A DNA stretch of 64,000 bases from Chlorokybus atmophyticus (GCA_009103225.1 RHPI01000026.1:491210-555209); one strand, 5' to 3'. Shown: positions 1 through 17,417, counted from the first letter of the stretch. Numbers and translations are program-made. The notes: a model not told the origin generated them from the letters alone.

Positions 1-3000
1 TGCACACACTCCACAGATAGCGTATGCCAGAAATGCAAGCCACCCGCACAGGGTTCCTCGGACAAGACTCAGAGCACGCGGGGGGCGGGGGGGGGGGGGA
101 TGCACAACACGTACTCCAAGATGAAGAGCGTTGCATCTGCGCCAATATCTCCTGTGTTGATGTGGAAGGCGTCTGAGCGAAAGTTTCTCGCAGGTGATAT
201 GCTTGTCCATACTCAACCCCAAGGCTGCGCAGTGTCGCAGCACCTAGCGCCGCCACCTGTTGACAGAGTAACGTGACACAACAGGCTTCATTTAACATGG
301 CTGACAGCGGAGCAGTGGTTGCATGCACGTGCAGACTGGTTCTATCGGCAGTACGATGTTAGGCGCAGTTACGACTACAGCAGCTTTACGAACAATTCCG
401 GTACCTGAGGATGAGGATCGCGAGCCAAGCCATACACAGCAGCAAGCATATGGGTGTACATGCCGCCCCCTTCCCTGGTTGCTCGCCGCCAACTCTGTTA
501 CAAAACAGTGCTCAGGCAAGGCAGTGTTGACGTTACTGTATGTAATGCCCAAGCGCACGCACGACAAGAAGGCACCTGACTGAAGTCAATGCCCTCCTCA
601 CTGGGAGTCCGACCATGTGACGCAACGGAAGAACGCATGGATGGTACCACCATAGCCGGTGAAGAAGCATGTGTGGCAGGAGGCTTCATGTAAGCGGCAG
701 CAGCTTTCCTCAGTGGTGCGCTGTGTGCAATAGAAAAGCGAGCCATAGCTGCAGCCAAAAGAAACGCATGAGTATCTGTTCCAGTGCCATAGCTATAAAC
801 TAATGGGCACGAACCTATGGCGAACTCCATCCTGACGAGGTGACAGCCATCCGAGGCGGTTGGTAGTAAAAGCGATGCGACCCGGCGTTCCCCTTCCCAT
901 CGCTCTTCCTCCTCGGGCATGTCCTCGCTGAAGCCGCTCCTAACAGAGCTGCCCTCACCATTTGGCAACTCCGTAGCAACAAGCAACCCCAACGTATACA
1001 CTGCTGCCGCCCGAACCTGCAAACAAGACATAATGACATGCATGATGCTCTGCATGCGGTGATGTGCCACCGGCGTCCATCCGAAACACACCTCAGGATG
1101 AGGAGAGCTGCAAGCTTGGGCAACAAGCTCTGGACCCTTTTCCCGAAAAGCAGCAGTCTGTGCGTCCGGGTAGGACTCCCAGAGCTTGGCAAGACAAAGG
1201 CATAACCATTGCTGCAAAAGCGGTTGACTAGCGGATGTTGGAAGGTGCGAAAAGCACACCGTCATCAGGTTGCGTGGTGTTGCTGTCATGCATGCCTGCT
1301 GCCCCTTGAGGTGATTGTCGCAGATGACAGCCAGAACAAAGGCAGCCATGGCGCGCTGCTCAGCGTGCACATCAGTGCTATCCAGAAACCTCACAAAGTA
1401 GTTGTGTCCACCATCTTTTACCAAGTCCACCTGACATGACTGCACCCCAAAAACAGTTGGCAGCCTGTGGTTGTACTAGTCAACTGATACAGCAGCAAAC
1501 CAATGAATTACGACAAGCACTGCAAGCAGTCAAGTTTGAACCATATGTACTGGCCCCTTGAACAACAGGTCACAACACTACTGTTGTTCAATGCTACCTA
1601 CCTTGTCCAGTGCCATGATCTTGGTCCATATGAACACAAGAATCTCACGCAGCTCCACAGCTTGTGTTTGCAACAACTTCAACACATATGGGAATATACC
1701 GACGGAAAGGGCCTGCATACAATGTTATCGCTGTCAAGCAAGCATGCCTGGCATGACCCTGGCAACTCTATCAGCACCTCTTGAGCTCACCAGATCAACG
1801 GCCCAAGCCCCCATATCCAGAAAACGTCCAAGCAAAACCAGCGCTCGCAATCGATGTGACTGACTGAGGAGGACCTGCGCCAAAACCCAAAATTAGGCAA
1901 GAGCGCCTACTTACGGCAAATGCATGGCAGATGTAGTCTGCTTACTTGGAGAACGATGGGCAGCTGCTCCGGAGGTTGCTTCTTCTCCGATCCATGCTCA
2001 AGCCACACATCGAAGGCAGTGAGCTGTTCGGTAAAAAATGGGCTGGGCTGCAACCACATAACCAATGATTTGCAAGTAGCACGAAGAACGACACATACCA
2101 GTCAGTCAATCAACAAGCAGCCAAATACCTCAAACTGTACATTTGGGTCGCAACCTAGAGAAGGAAGCTGCGCTAGACACATCTCTGCTGCCATATCCCA
2201 GGCTTGCCTGCAAACACAGCGCTGAAGCAAGTTGCATATAGGTGAATGCAACCAACGCCACAACAACATACCACATTGGATGTTGACTGGTTGGAGGTAA
2301 TCTTGGGTACGAAACAGGATGGCAGTTGGCCGACCGCATGACTCTCTCCGCCAGAAGGAAGTTCCGAAACAAACTCGCCACCAAAAGATCCTGTCTGAAC
2401 AACTTCTGAAAGAGGTCTGCAGAGGACAAGAGCAATTCAGGCAATGCAAACATGATCTCAACAGGCGGCAGGGAGGGTCAAGTCATACCTCTGGGCAAGA
2501 CATTCCACGCAATGGTGTCTGTGATCGCTGTGAATATCCAGTTGAGTTCTCCCAATGGTGTCTTGCGGTTATTCTGCTGTCCTGGTATGTTATCTACTGC
2601 TGCCAGCTTCAAACCTGAGTCTTTCAACAATGAGCGGGAGACAAACCTGCGCAAGTAGTTAATGTCAGTGCGGTCGTCGCTTACCTGCATGCACTCGATT
2701 GGCTAACAGTTGTAGATCAACGAGAGCGTACGAGACACAAACATCACAAGTAGTGCATAGTAAACAATGTTGCCAACGATTCTACACCTATTGTTCTTAG
2801 GCACATACCACTTGAGGGCGATCTTGATCGGAGTGGTTAAACACGCAGTGAACACATCTGCAGGCAGTGATGCATCTTGCGGCAACAATTCATCTGCCGA
2901 TGAAGCTGCCAGCAGGATGACATCCTTCATCGCAGCATGGATACCCGTACTCTTTGGTGCTGATGGGGAGGGAGGCTGAGCGAGCTGCAATTATGCATGT

Positions 3001-4670
3001 CAGGATGCATATTCTAAGCAACTTGAGCAGTTGTTTGCATCTATTCTAGACCAGAACATGCAGAGCCTAATCATACCTCGCTTTCACGATGCCGCTGCTC
3101 AGCAAATTGAAGGAAAGCATTTACAATCATCCCAGCGGATGAGCAGTCAAATACATAAATTGAGGGTGTGCCAGTCCATGTTTGAAGATCATATACAGAG
3201 AGGGGGATGTACTGCGTGTAACTCTGCAAGATGCCAATGACAATCATTAATGCCCCTCAGTGAACCTTCACAAGCCTGCATGTTTGAAGGAATGCTGCTG
3301 AAAACTTCGCAATGCAAGCGACCAACATGGAAGTTATCGAAAGCGCCTGCACTACTACCACAAGGGTGCAACATTGACGACTTGTATGCACCTTATTGAA
3401 GACCCAGATTTCTCCATTGGCGGTTGGCCTTGGGACTCCATGCCCGTTGTAGTGAAACAACACGCGTTCTGACTTTGCATTTCGTCGACAAGATGTGCAT
3501 AACTTGCGTACTTCTTCAACAGTTGGGTCTAGCTGCATCTTGTAGCGAGCCTGCATCACAACTCGTATTGACCGACCTGCACCGGATTTGCAACAGTAGC
3601 CAGCAATTGCATTGGTACTTACCCTGGGCTGCCATCGCTCGTACTGCAGCTGCAGGTTTGCGCCAATTTTCTCCAGAGCTTTCACGCGGTTCATGGAAAA
3701 GGGGTCTGTAAACAGACAGTTGCTTTGAACCAAAAACTAGACTGAACTAACAACATGAGTGTCAAGGATATACCTGTCCAACACTCAGTGCGAGCACAAG
3801 GTGATATCTTAATCACATCCGGAGGATCCACTCCAATGTTTAAGCACAGCACCAGCGCAACACTAACCGTTTTCATCTGCGACAAGAAACTGACGGTCAG
3901 AAGTATGGCTAAACAACGGCAAAGCTCTCACAGTGCAATTGCCACCGACAACAGGCTGTGCATGCGCCAAGTAGCATACTCTTTGCGAGCCCAAGCTAAT
4001 AGTTAAACACGACTGCAAGGTACTCATGCATGCACGTTTTGCCGACTGCACAAGCTTTACGCAAGTTCATCCAAGAGGATTAGGTACACACCAGTCAGAA
4101 AAGTTTTGGGATCGTGTGGCACACATTGACTTCAGCGCAACTGACTTCTCAAAGCATTCAGCTATAGTGTTGCGGTTTGTTGGCTTGCAGACTATGTGTG
4201 TTTCTCAATTTGTGGAAGAAACGACTGCCCCACCTAAACCTCATCCACAATATTCTGCAGGCAACTGCAGCCGTTGCTTCTGCAGTTGCCTGCAGAGGTA
4301 ACGACTGTAGATTGCACAACTACAAACGACATTCTGCGTATCAATCGCAAAAAGCACAATTCAGTACCCTATCTTTCATCCTCCATGTGGACGCAACTCC
4401 AGCTTGCCCTGCTGCATCCGCTTCATTCTCCCCGTCGTGCCACTCGTCGCACAGAAAAACGTGCGTGACGAAGTGGTTGCTGCTAGCCAGCTGGGCACCA
4501 TCGCTAGCCGTGCGGCGTATGAGCTCATTGCTGAGCTTGCCGGTGACGCTGCCGCTGCTCGCAGCAACCGCAGAGGCGCTCGCAGCGTCTGCTGCAGGAG
4601 CGGCCCTGCAATCGGCCACGTCCACAACCCCATCGTCCCCGTTACTTTCAGCCATGTGGGTGTCACCCAT
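1..4670 (-). CDS. RAPTOR: Regulatory-associated protein of TOR (RAPTOR), multi-exon; 3' part lies beyond window start
   Basis: Spliced exons give WRMKDR|[143 protein letters not shown] and [19 protein letters not shown]. These are hallmark RNC and HEAT motifs of plant RAPTOR. Start taken at ATG 4670, which has an in-frame stop just upstream. Confidence 0.95.
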
Positions 4671-5299
4671 GATGGCTCACTTCAGCCCTCTTCAGGCTGT
4701 TTGTACGTGTGACCTTCTGTGGCCTGATGAGGCCACACCTAACGTGAGCATCCAACAGCTACAGCAACTCAAGACGCCAACGGCTTCCACGACTACGGAT
4801 CCCGCAACGCTGCCTCCCACCGACACCAACCCGGCCAAGGCCATCCCTGGCGTCGCCGCCGCCGCCGCCGCCGCGGCCACCGCCGACGCTACAGGTTACG
4901 GCATTAGGGCTGTGCTGAACCGCCAAGCGTTGTTGCTACGACGGTGCACAGTCTCGACAGCGTGATAGCACAGCGCATTTGTTATTACGTTCACTACGGC
5001 TCATTGAACCACGACACGGTAGTGATCATTGCGCGTGTGCAGGAACGTTCACACTGACTCAGTGATCCTTACTGAGCACAGCCAACTACCAGCGGCGGCG
5101 ACGGAGGCGGCGGTGGTGGCGGTGGCGGTATTGCTGGGAACGGGTCATGCTTCTGCGCTTTGTGCAGTAAACGCTGGACTACAAGAGTTGAGGCAGCTGC
5201 TGGAGCCGGCTGGTGGTGGATAGCGGAGCATGTTGAAATCAGCAGTGTGCTAGCTATGGGCCACCTGGCTAGGCCTGAAAGTTGTCGCTGAGCAGGTAG

Positions 5300-8555
<3,256 letters not shown>

Positions 8556-11016
8556 AGGGTGGTGGTGTGCTTGTGTTGTATGGTGGTGTTGCGCACATAC
8601 GTACATCTACGCAAGCATTGGTTGTTGATATGCAATAAGGCTAGCTGACATGTAGCCACAAGGGTAACATGTGTTGTGTTTTTGGCGGTCAGGTGCCTCA
8701 CACCAGCAGCACGTCATTGCAGCATCAATAGGCCATCACATAGCATTGCGCATATGTGGCCATTGTCATCCCGTACGCACGTAGCGCTTGACTTTGGCAC
8801 AAAGCGCCACTCATCATTACGCATCACCATATTCATATTCCGATGTTTATGCCTGCATGCGAGAATCTCGTCATATAAGATCGGCATATCATTAGCATAT
8901 TGAGATGTCAACTCACACACTAAAGCATATGTACCCTATTGGGATTGCAATTGTGCTATGCAAAGTAGCGTGCTCACACACGTGTCAAAAAGCCTATTCT
9001 AAATTGTTGAACACTATGGTAGAATGTGCGGAATTGCTCAATTAAATAACAAATGCGACATGGCTAATTGAAATGTATTGAATAATGTAGTTGTAGCTAT
9101 GCTAACCTACATTTACATGTAAACCATGTAGTATACAAGCCGTACACAAACCATGGGTCAAAGATTCCGATGAGCATGAAATGCGCAGCAAAGTTTACTT
9201 TGCGTGCACTAAACATTCGTATATGATTGACAAGGGTGCTTGCATTTGCAATGGTGGTTGTGTTGCTTGTGGCTGATACAGCATAGTTGGACCTCATGTG
9301 CATGGTTTGCTAGTGCTACATGAGGACTGATGGTGCCAAAATGTGACTGCATTTGTGGCCGTTGCTGCTTGACTTGGTGGCATTCGCACTTTGCAGTTCT
9401 AATGCCTGCAGCCATGACATAAGCACTGCTATTTTAACTCTGCAGTTGTGAACTTCCTAGGTCTTAGCTATGCATCAGATGCACAGCTAAAATCTAGGAC
9501 CTCTGGCGGTGTAACATATGCTGGCATTTACGGGGTGGATGCTGCGGGGGCCAAGTTGTTGGTGTCGGTCCAAGCGTCCGTCCAGTCAGTTTTGCCATCC
9601 TTGCTGCTCAAGGCCGGAGTTAACCTCTGCACCCTCTCTGCACTCTCCCTCGGCCTACACTCTGCAGGTGGTGCTCACTGCTATCTCCCTCTCGCCCATC
9701 CCTCACACTTGTCCATTGCTGCTTGAGGGTCGTACTTGGTGTTGTGTCCTAGTTACAATAGAGTATGCTACATCTTTGCCTTGGCCCCCACAGAAATTGC
9801 ATGCTTTGTGCAGTGTGTTTGCTTGTTCTACATTAGCCCCTTCTCCGCTTGAGTTGCTAGCTTGCAACTCATACGATTGCTATGTACATGTAATGCATGT
9901 GCATACGCTCGGCCACTTGTAGCATTACGTAAACAATGTAAGCCGGCAACCCATTCATTAACATATAAATTGTGGATTACAAACAAGACTTACCCACGTT
10001 ATGGTTCACACTCGAATGACTTCGTGATGAAAAGTGTAATTTACACTGGAATTGTGAATGACAATGAGCAATGCATGCAGTTCTAACTCAGAACTTCTGA
10101 GGCCCAAGTTGTATGCTGCATGCAGCAATGTATGCAGCATACAGGTGAGGTCGTTTTCAAAGCAGGCAGATTGGAACTTCCAACACCGGGACGAAATCCA
10201 TTGTCGGCGTGGTCAGCCAGTAACATCATTTCTTTCGGAACCGGAAAGCGGATAGCAGCGAGTATCCGACAGCAGTTCGTTGCTCAGTAGAAGCCATTAT
10301 GTCGTCCTACTCAGCCCCGGAGTTGCTTTACACCTCCGTCCGCTTCGTCCCCTCATCGACGGTCGTCATCAGCAAGCGCAGTCCTTCAGTGTTCAGGACC
10401 AGAAGCGTGACAACGCAGGCCTGATCAACTGAATGAAGCAGGGGCTTCCATAAGGTCTAGTCCAACGTTTCGGAGTAGTAAGCAGTCCCAGGACCAGACC
10501 TCTGTCATTTCCTGTTTGATTTGAATTGAAAAACGGGCAAATCTCCCATGACCGAGATCTCTCGGTCTGCTCCTTTGATCAGCCGGCACACGCCGGCCGC
10601 CTTCCCGGTACGCTTGCTGACCGCAACTCGCGTGTTATTGGCTGTCTGGCAGTCAGATTGTTCATAGGCCGGTCAGCGGATAGCTGGTGCGAGCGGATAT
10701 TGAGGAAAAAGGTGGGGAGAGAAAACGGGGAGAGAGACAAAAATGGGAATAATAATTCCGGGGGAAAATGCTGAGAATGCGGGGACCAATCAGCGCAGAG
10801 CTGGGCGGCGGGGTGAGTGCAGGCGTCGGCGGTGTGGACGACGTGCACGGCATTGCCGCCGGGGCTGTCGTGGTGGGTGTGTCCCCTGGTCGTGCTGGTT
10901 GGTGAGGTGTAGGGAGGTGCGGAGCTGGACGGTAGAGCGAGTGTCAGCAAAGACGCTCCGCCAGCTGCTGGTGGTGGTGCTGCTGGTGCTGCCACTGGGC
11001 TGTGTCTGGGCGTGAG

Positions 11017-12855
11017 ATGGGCACAGAGATATGCAGGGACTACCTTAAAGGCGTCTGCTTCAGGAGCAACTGTCGCTATGCACACACCAACGCTGATGGC
11101 TCGTCTGGAGTGGCGAAAACTCACGTAACACACTCTGCGTGTCGTGGCTTGGTGTGTGTCATGCTTGTGGCTGCTGCTTCACCGCTGGCCGTGACTGCAG
11201 CCTACTGCTGCCCAGCGTGCCACACTACTGTCTCAGCTCTACGTTTGCACTAGCTAGGGTTTCGCATGCTGAACACTCAGCTTACATGCACATGCATTGT
11301 GAGTGTGCTTAAAGTGACATGTTGCAGCGTTGACACGACGCAGCCAAGAGTTACTAGTTTGTAGCAAGCATGGACAGGCAGCTGGGCTTGACAGCGGACT
11401 GCCAGCCCCAGCTGCATGACAAGCTACTTGGATGTTAGTGGCTGCACAGTTGGCCAGCTGTCAGCCACTACACACCAGCTAGCCAACTGCGCATTAGTCC
11501 CCCGTGCCAGTGCTTCAGCCACCAAGCATGGGTCGGCAAGCTCTCAGCAGCTTGGCTGCATGCGTCTGTATGTCACTGCATGCGGCTGTGTTATTGGCCA
11601 TGAATGAGGTCTTCCTGTCACTCGGCACTGCTCCAGTGGTTGCGTCAAGCTTACTGGTTGCTCTGCTTGGGAGCATGTCATACGTTCAACTTCCCACAAG
11701 CTCTTCGGTTCGCTTCCTGCATCGACTTGCAGTACATCCGCCCTGCAACTCAGTGTCTAGGAAGCTGCGATCACGTAAAATGCTGTTGTAGCCATCCTAG
11801 TACTGTGTACATGTTTTCACTTCACTTGTTGCCAGTCTGTGGTGCTCGCATGTTGTGCTGCGCCAGCACAATGTGCGTGCACCAGGCAGAATGACTGCAT
11901 AGGCCACGATCACGCACAAGCGTCCTTGCAACTGGTCACCACTTGATGACCCTGCATAGTATCATGGTCAAGTCATTAAGTTATAGCCAGCTGGGTTGGT
12001 CAGCGGTGCACCATTGCAAGTTATGTGACCTGTTACTGCACTGCTGATGTGTGCATGTGTTAGGTGGAGGCGCAGGGGCCTCAGTCGCAGCCGATATGTC
12101 GCGACTACGAGAATGGGCGGTGCTTTCGGACTAGCTGTAGATTCTATCACCGGCCGGCAGCAGAGATTGCCGCTTCGCAGCAGCACCACACGCAGCAGCA
12201 CCACGCTCAGCAGCACGCACCAGCAGCCGCCACTCCACACGCACCTCCGCAAACAGTGCCGCCGCCTCCGCAGCACGCGCAGCAGCCGCCTGTACTGCAC
12301 GCTCAGCCTGCTGCCAAGGTAAACCACTTCCTCCATCTCCACCTTCTCCTCCTTCATTTTGCATATGGCTTCATACATGACTACTGTTGTGACACGGGTT
12401 GCAATCTGGGCTTCTTTATGCAGGCACCGCCGCCGCCCTCCAGCAGCGCACGAGTCCCAGGAAGGGATGTTGGCTTGGTAGCTAGCCCGGGCGTGGCTGT
12501 GCTGAGTGGGGAGCCTTCCGCCGGGGGATCAGCCGCGGTGCTAGCACAGCAGCAGCTGCTGGCGAAGGAGGAGGCAGCAGCAGCAGTGGCAGAAGCGCAC
12601 CGATCAGAGCACGCCACGTTTTACTCCTCGGACTGGGGTAAGCTTTATCTTGAGTACATGTTGTTGCCATACTGCAACCCTGATCAGTTTACATGCTACA
12701 GAGGCCATGGGCTGTCTTGCCTTGGCATTGTGCATGATGTGATGAGAGCAGGTAGCTACCAAATGGTATTGAGTTGTCTTGTGTGCAGCAAACTATTCAT
12801 TGTATCACCAGCAACCGCTTCCCTCTGCGCACAGCGCGGCACCCTTGCAAGGTAA
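11017..12855 (+). CDS. CCCH zinc-finger RNA-binding protein (muscleblind/ZC3H10-like fingers); 3' end uncertain
   Basis: Two C-x7-C-x4-C-x3-H fingers on separate exons (ICRDYLKGVCFRSNCRYAH at ~11029; ICRDYENGRCFRTSCRFYH at ~12094), followed by Q/H/P-rich low-complexity exons with canonical splice sites. Confidence 0.72.
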
Positions 12856-13497
12856 GGTTGTGTTGCGCTGTTGATGCACTCTGATCCAATCAACTTTGGA
12901 TGCATAGCTGTGACATGGTTGCTTGAGACTGACGTGGTGTGCAATGTCGATGGTGCAGCATACAATCCACACCAGTATCACCTTTTCGCCCAGTTTCCTC
13001 AGCACCATCAGCCGCAGCACCGTACACACCAGTAAATATGTCCCCCTTTCTTTCATGGGTGTCTGTTTTACTTCTAGCAGCAGCAGCAACAGCACGCGCA
13101 CACATGCCCGCATGCACGGCTGGCCGACCGTGCCCCTCTTTGTGAGAGAACAACCGGCCCAGGTGTTTTCCCCCAACCTGCAACATATGCACCACATCCT
13201 CGTTGTTGTGCTCAGCTCTTGAGCCCGAAACATTGATATATACACTAGAGTGCTCTCTTATGTCTAGCGGCAAGCGGGCGCAACACCGCCTTGGCCCACC
13301 CGCTGTGGATATACCAAACTAGGTGCTAGTGACTTCAGTTGCCCGCGGATTGTCTTGTGTTTGGAAATGATGTTTTGCAGACCGCGCCACAAGCGAGCGT
13401 GTTTACACTGTTGGTGGCTTGTTGTTTTGGGTTTGCGCATGCTCTGTGGTTCGCCAATGTTTGCACACAGGCCCACACATGGCATGGTCACCTTTCC

Positions 13498-14975
13498 TCA
13501 CATGCTTTGCGACTGAGCAGTAGTTGTCCCCTGTATTAGATAAGTCCGCGGCCCTACGACGGTGATAGTCAAACCAGCCTTTAGGCAACCGCTGAAGAAA
13601 AGGGCCTCGTCCGCCTTGTTGATGCGTCGCCTCCAGCTCATCAAAAAGGAGGGCCTGCCGCGATCCCAACTTAGGACATTGTACCAGTGTATGGCAGGTG
13701 TCGTGCCATTGCACACAGACCATAAATACAGTGCTGTTTACCTGCTTAGCAATGAATCAGTGACCTTGACGGGCTTTGCATTGGGGTCCCAAGAAGGCCC
13801 TTGCTGGATTTGACTACTGGAGTTACTGTTCCCAGGTTGGTGCCGCAGCAGCACGCATAGTGTCTTCACTAGGTTTAGGTATTGCTTGACGTCTAGCAAC
13901 AGGCACACATCAATATTGAACGGCTGCTGTCGTTGGTTGGTTTGGAGCTTTGCACAAGTGTACTTATTAAACTCACATAAAAGAATGTCGCTGGCAATGA
14001 CGATGTCCCAATCAGGCTCGCATGGAAATGGTGCACCCCATGTATCTGTTGCACACCACTGTCAACCATGTTCTCAACGTACTCAAGCACTAGGAGGTAA
14101 GGGTTGCTCCAAGACATGCGCGCAATCACACGCGTGCACATGCACACATGCGTACGCGAGGGTACACGCATGCACGCACAAGCAAGGACGCAGGGCTTAC
14201 GTCGGATGTGCGGCAGTGCGGGCGACACATCATTCAACCCGCAGTTATAAGTGATATTCTCTTCAATCTCCGCGTCGTCATAGTCGCAGGTGGTGATATC
14301 GCACTGCAGATGCTTCCGCAGAAAGATGGCAAGAATGCCTGTACCACTGCCACAGCATTACACAAAGCACACAAGCACGCCCGCATCCACCCTGCTTGCC
14401 TGATCACTCCAACTCACCTTCCAAGCTCTATAACCCTCCTGCCTCGCAGCAAATGAGGCCTCTGCGCCAGCCACTCTGCAAACACAGGAGTACCCGGCCA
14501 AACCAGATTGGCGTTCACTGGGTGAAATGCAAACTCCCTGATCTTCAGAACCTGAACACAAATTCTCATATGCACACATGCAAATAGTTCCACGCATGCT
14601 CACATTAAGCCCAAGAAGCAAGCTAGGCAAGGCTGTCGTCTTACTGTGCCAGCTGGAAATGCATGCTCGCGTATGCTATACTGGGCGTCGTTGTCGCTGT
14701 CATGACTAGCAACCTCCTCTGCAGACACAAACAAAGGCGTGTTGGAGTGGCACTGTGTGACATTCAAACTACAGCACAAGATGGTGAGCCCATGACGTTT
14801 CAGCTTCTCTCCGTGCGCAAAACAAGCATGTTCGGCCTGCAGCATAGGCTGATCGGTTACAACAGATACAGACACAGCATGAAGCAGGCCTGCGTGCGTA
14901 GGCACACGCATCCGCGCAACAACCAAGCAACGCGCCTGAAGAAAAGATGTCCCCTATGGGAAACTGCACATCCAT
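13498..14975 (-). CDS. SAM-dependent lysine methyltransferase, family 16 (METTL21/23-like), about 6 exons
   Basis: Manual splicing gives VLKIREFAFHPVNANLVWPGTPVFAEWL...RRVIELGS|GTGILAIFLRKHLQCDITTCDYDDAEIEENITYNC...|HTWGAPFPCEPDWDIVIASDILLY|VKQYLNLVKTL...SFLMSWRRRINKADEALFFSGCLKAG. Motif I (ELGSGTG) and the DxxY motif are intact. Confidence 0.88.
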
Positions 14976-15467
14976 GCCGGGAAGCGCTGTTACGCCCGCG
15001 CTGCCGCCGCCACCGCCGAGGCCGTTGTCGACGCCGCTGCGACAGGCATGCGCGACAATGGGCGTCGACGGTCTAGTAAACAAATGTATGCGTCGACGAA
15101 CGGGGATCGTCTCTCTCGCTCGCTCGCTCGCTCTGTGCACACACAAAAAAATCGAAGGTGTGATTGCACGTATGCAGTTTGCAGCTAGCAGTCCTTGCTA
15201 CATGTTGGGCACGCTCATGCAACAGTCATGGTAGTAGCTCGGCTAACGCAACAACTGCTTACACACGCACGTGCAACCACCGGGTCACGCACCCATGCTA
15301 TTACTACCACTACTTTACCCCATTCGACATGCATGCATTTCAAGTCCGTCACTTGCACACATGTGTGTGTAGACAGAGAACAAGTATCGGCAAATGTGTG
15401 CACAAGGATCATGTGTGTGTGTGTGCGTGTGTATGGATAGCCCTTGTGTGGGCTCTTGAATATCCAT

Positions 15468-15476
15468 AAACCCTAA
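15468..15476 (+). promoter_or_regulatory. Telo-box (AAACCCTAA) upstream of the methyltransferase gene
   Basis: Exact AAACCCTAA about 490 bp upstream of ATG 14975. This is a known plant promoter element; function here is not shown. Confidence 0.4.
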
Positions 15477-16353
15477 ACAAATCTCAACATGTGAGCGTAC
15501 TTTGCTCACATGGCCCAGTGGAAGTATTGAACGCAACATTATGTTTCTCTTTTTATCGGTTTTTACGTAACATTTGCACCATGTGATTTACGCAATTATA
15601 CCTGAATACAGTTATAAATGATAATGACCTGTTGATGTCACATTACAATAATCCGTATAATTATTACATTATCAACTTGTGCAGCTCTTCAACATGCAAG
15701 AACGGCTGACTGCTGACGGCTTGTTGCTATTGGATGTTTATGCCGCTACTAGCCAACTTGGCGTCTTTTCAGTTGAACTCGCACATGTTGCAAGTATACA
15801 TGTATACGATAAGCATATGGTCATTATATACACGCAACATCATATGGTAAAACCGGCACTTAGAGTGTCAAAAAAACAATTGTATACCACTATGCATGTT
15901 TGCTTTATGCATGGTAGGGGTGAGCAAGAATAGATGTATCTCTTGCTTTACATTTTACTTTCGCAGTTTAGAAGGTGGACTTCATAAAAGTGATGAATAT
16001 TACTATAATCTTACAAGTATACTTGTGTTCATGTACATTTGTGGATGTAGTATAAATAGCTCATAATAATCATACACAATATAAATATTAATGTTGTATA
16101 CGTGCGTTCAAGCTATACTACATAACTAATTGGATGAAAACACTAAACATATAAACATCATAATCGTTTATAGACTGCATGTTGTTGTTTCAGTTTCCAT
16201 CATTGCATTATAGCATGTTCAATGCTCATGGCATAACAAGTATGTAAAGTGTTGTTGATCATTAAGATCGGGCACTCTTTGTCATATATATGACCTTGTA
16301 CATTGTGTTATGTACATTGTGTTATACCTATCATAGGCGTTCATACAACGTAC

Positions 16354-16401
16354 AAAAATGGACGCAATTCTTACATATTTGTAACAATTGCGTCCATTTT
16401 T
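16354..16401. repeat. Near-perfect inverted repeat (22-bp arms, 4-nt loop, one mismatch)
   Basis: AAAAATGGACGCAATT-C-TTACA tatt TGTAA-C-AATTGCGTCCATTTTT. Confidence 0.9.
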
Positions 16402-17417
16402 AGTATACAATCTACAAAGTGGAAGAATGTCGTTTACGTCAGCGCTCGACCTTTCATATATGATCATGAACATGAACATGGACATGAACATCAACCTAAT
16501 CTCTACCTCTGCCCCCCAACGATGCACAGCAGCTATAAAGACGCTGCCCTACCAATTGCTGGTTGTAGTCTGCTAGCCTGCACATAGTTACACATAGCAA
16601 CCAATCCCTTCAGTTTAGTTGTGCTTGAGTGGTTGGAGTGGTCGAGTTGTTTCGCATGTCATTACTTGTAATGTCATATGTCGACTGATATTACAGCCCC
16701 CTCTATTCTAGCCTATGACCTTGCATAAGACAAGTGTCTTTGACATCAACTTGGTATGCGTCTTTTGCTTTGTTTTGCTACTCTAGTACTTGTGACAGTT
16801 TTGTACCAAGCATGCGGTGTGCTGATAATGACATGCAAGCAAATATATGTGTGTTGTTGCACTGTCGCACTCTTCAGCTTTATGCTACACACAAGGCCTT
16901 CAGGACTTCACATTAGAGCAAACAACACCATATCAGGCATGTGATCACCATGTCTACATGGCCTTCCACACATGTCTAACGGGGCAGCCGGTGGGTAGGT
17001 AGAATAGTGATAGTAGTGAGTTGAGAAACATGGTATAGGATAACCCGGTGGTGTTCTTGCTGTTGCTTGTCCATGTGCTAATAACTGCATGATGTGCCAT
17101 TCAGCAGACTATGCATGTCTAACAGCGCGCATATCCTGTACATGACCTTATATGAATCAAATATCGATATGCATCAGGGGCTTTACAATTATGCAACCAA
17201 GACCACATCAAAAACAAGGCCACCTGGATGATGCGCGCATATGGCCACCCTCAACTGCTACAAGAACAGCCCCTGCACGCGCTGTGGCATGGACTGGGCT
17301 TCGATCGAATGTCTTTAATCCTAGTACGAGGGAGTGCCATGCAATCCCTTTCTCAATGTAGAGCTTGTGAGTTATTTGTCTATCCATAAGGTAATGAGCT
17401 ACTTTTAAGGCCCCTGA

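Noticed and set aside
13264-13723. Apparent SWIM/CxH zinc-finger ORF with an in-frame stop (possible TE relic or read-through)
   Set aside because: 13498-13716 is the terminal exon of the family-16 methyltransferase (SFLMSWRRRI motif). The CKH strings lie in the 3' UTR or another frame and lack proper CxC spacing.
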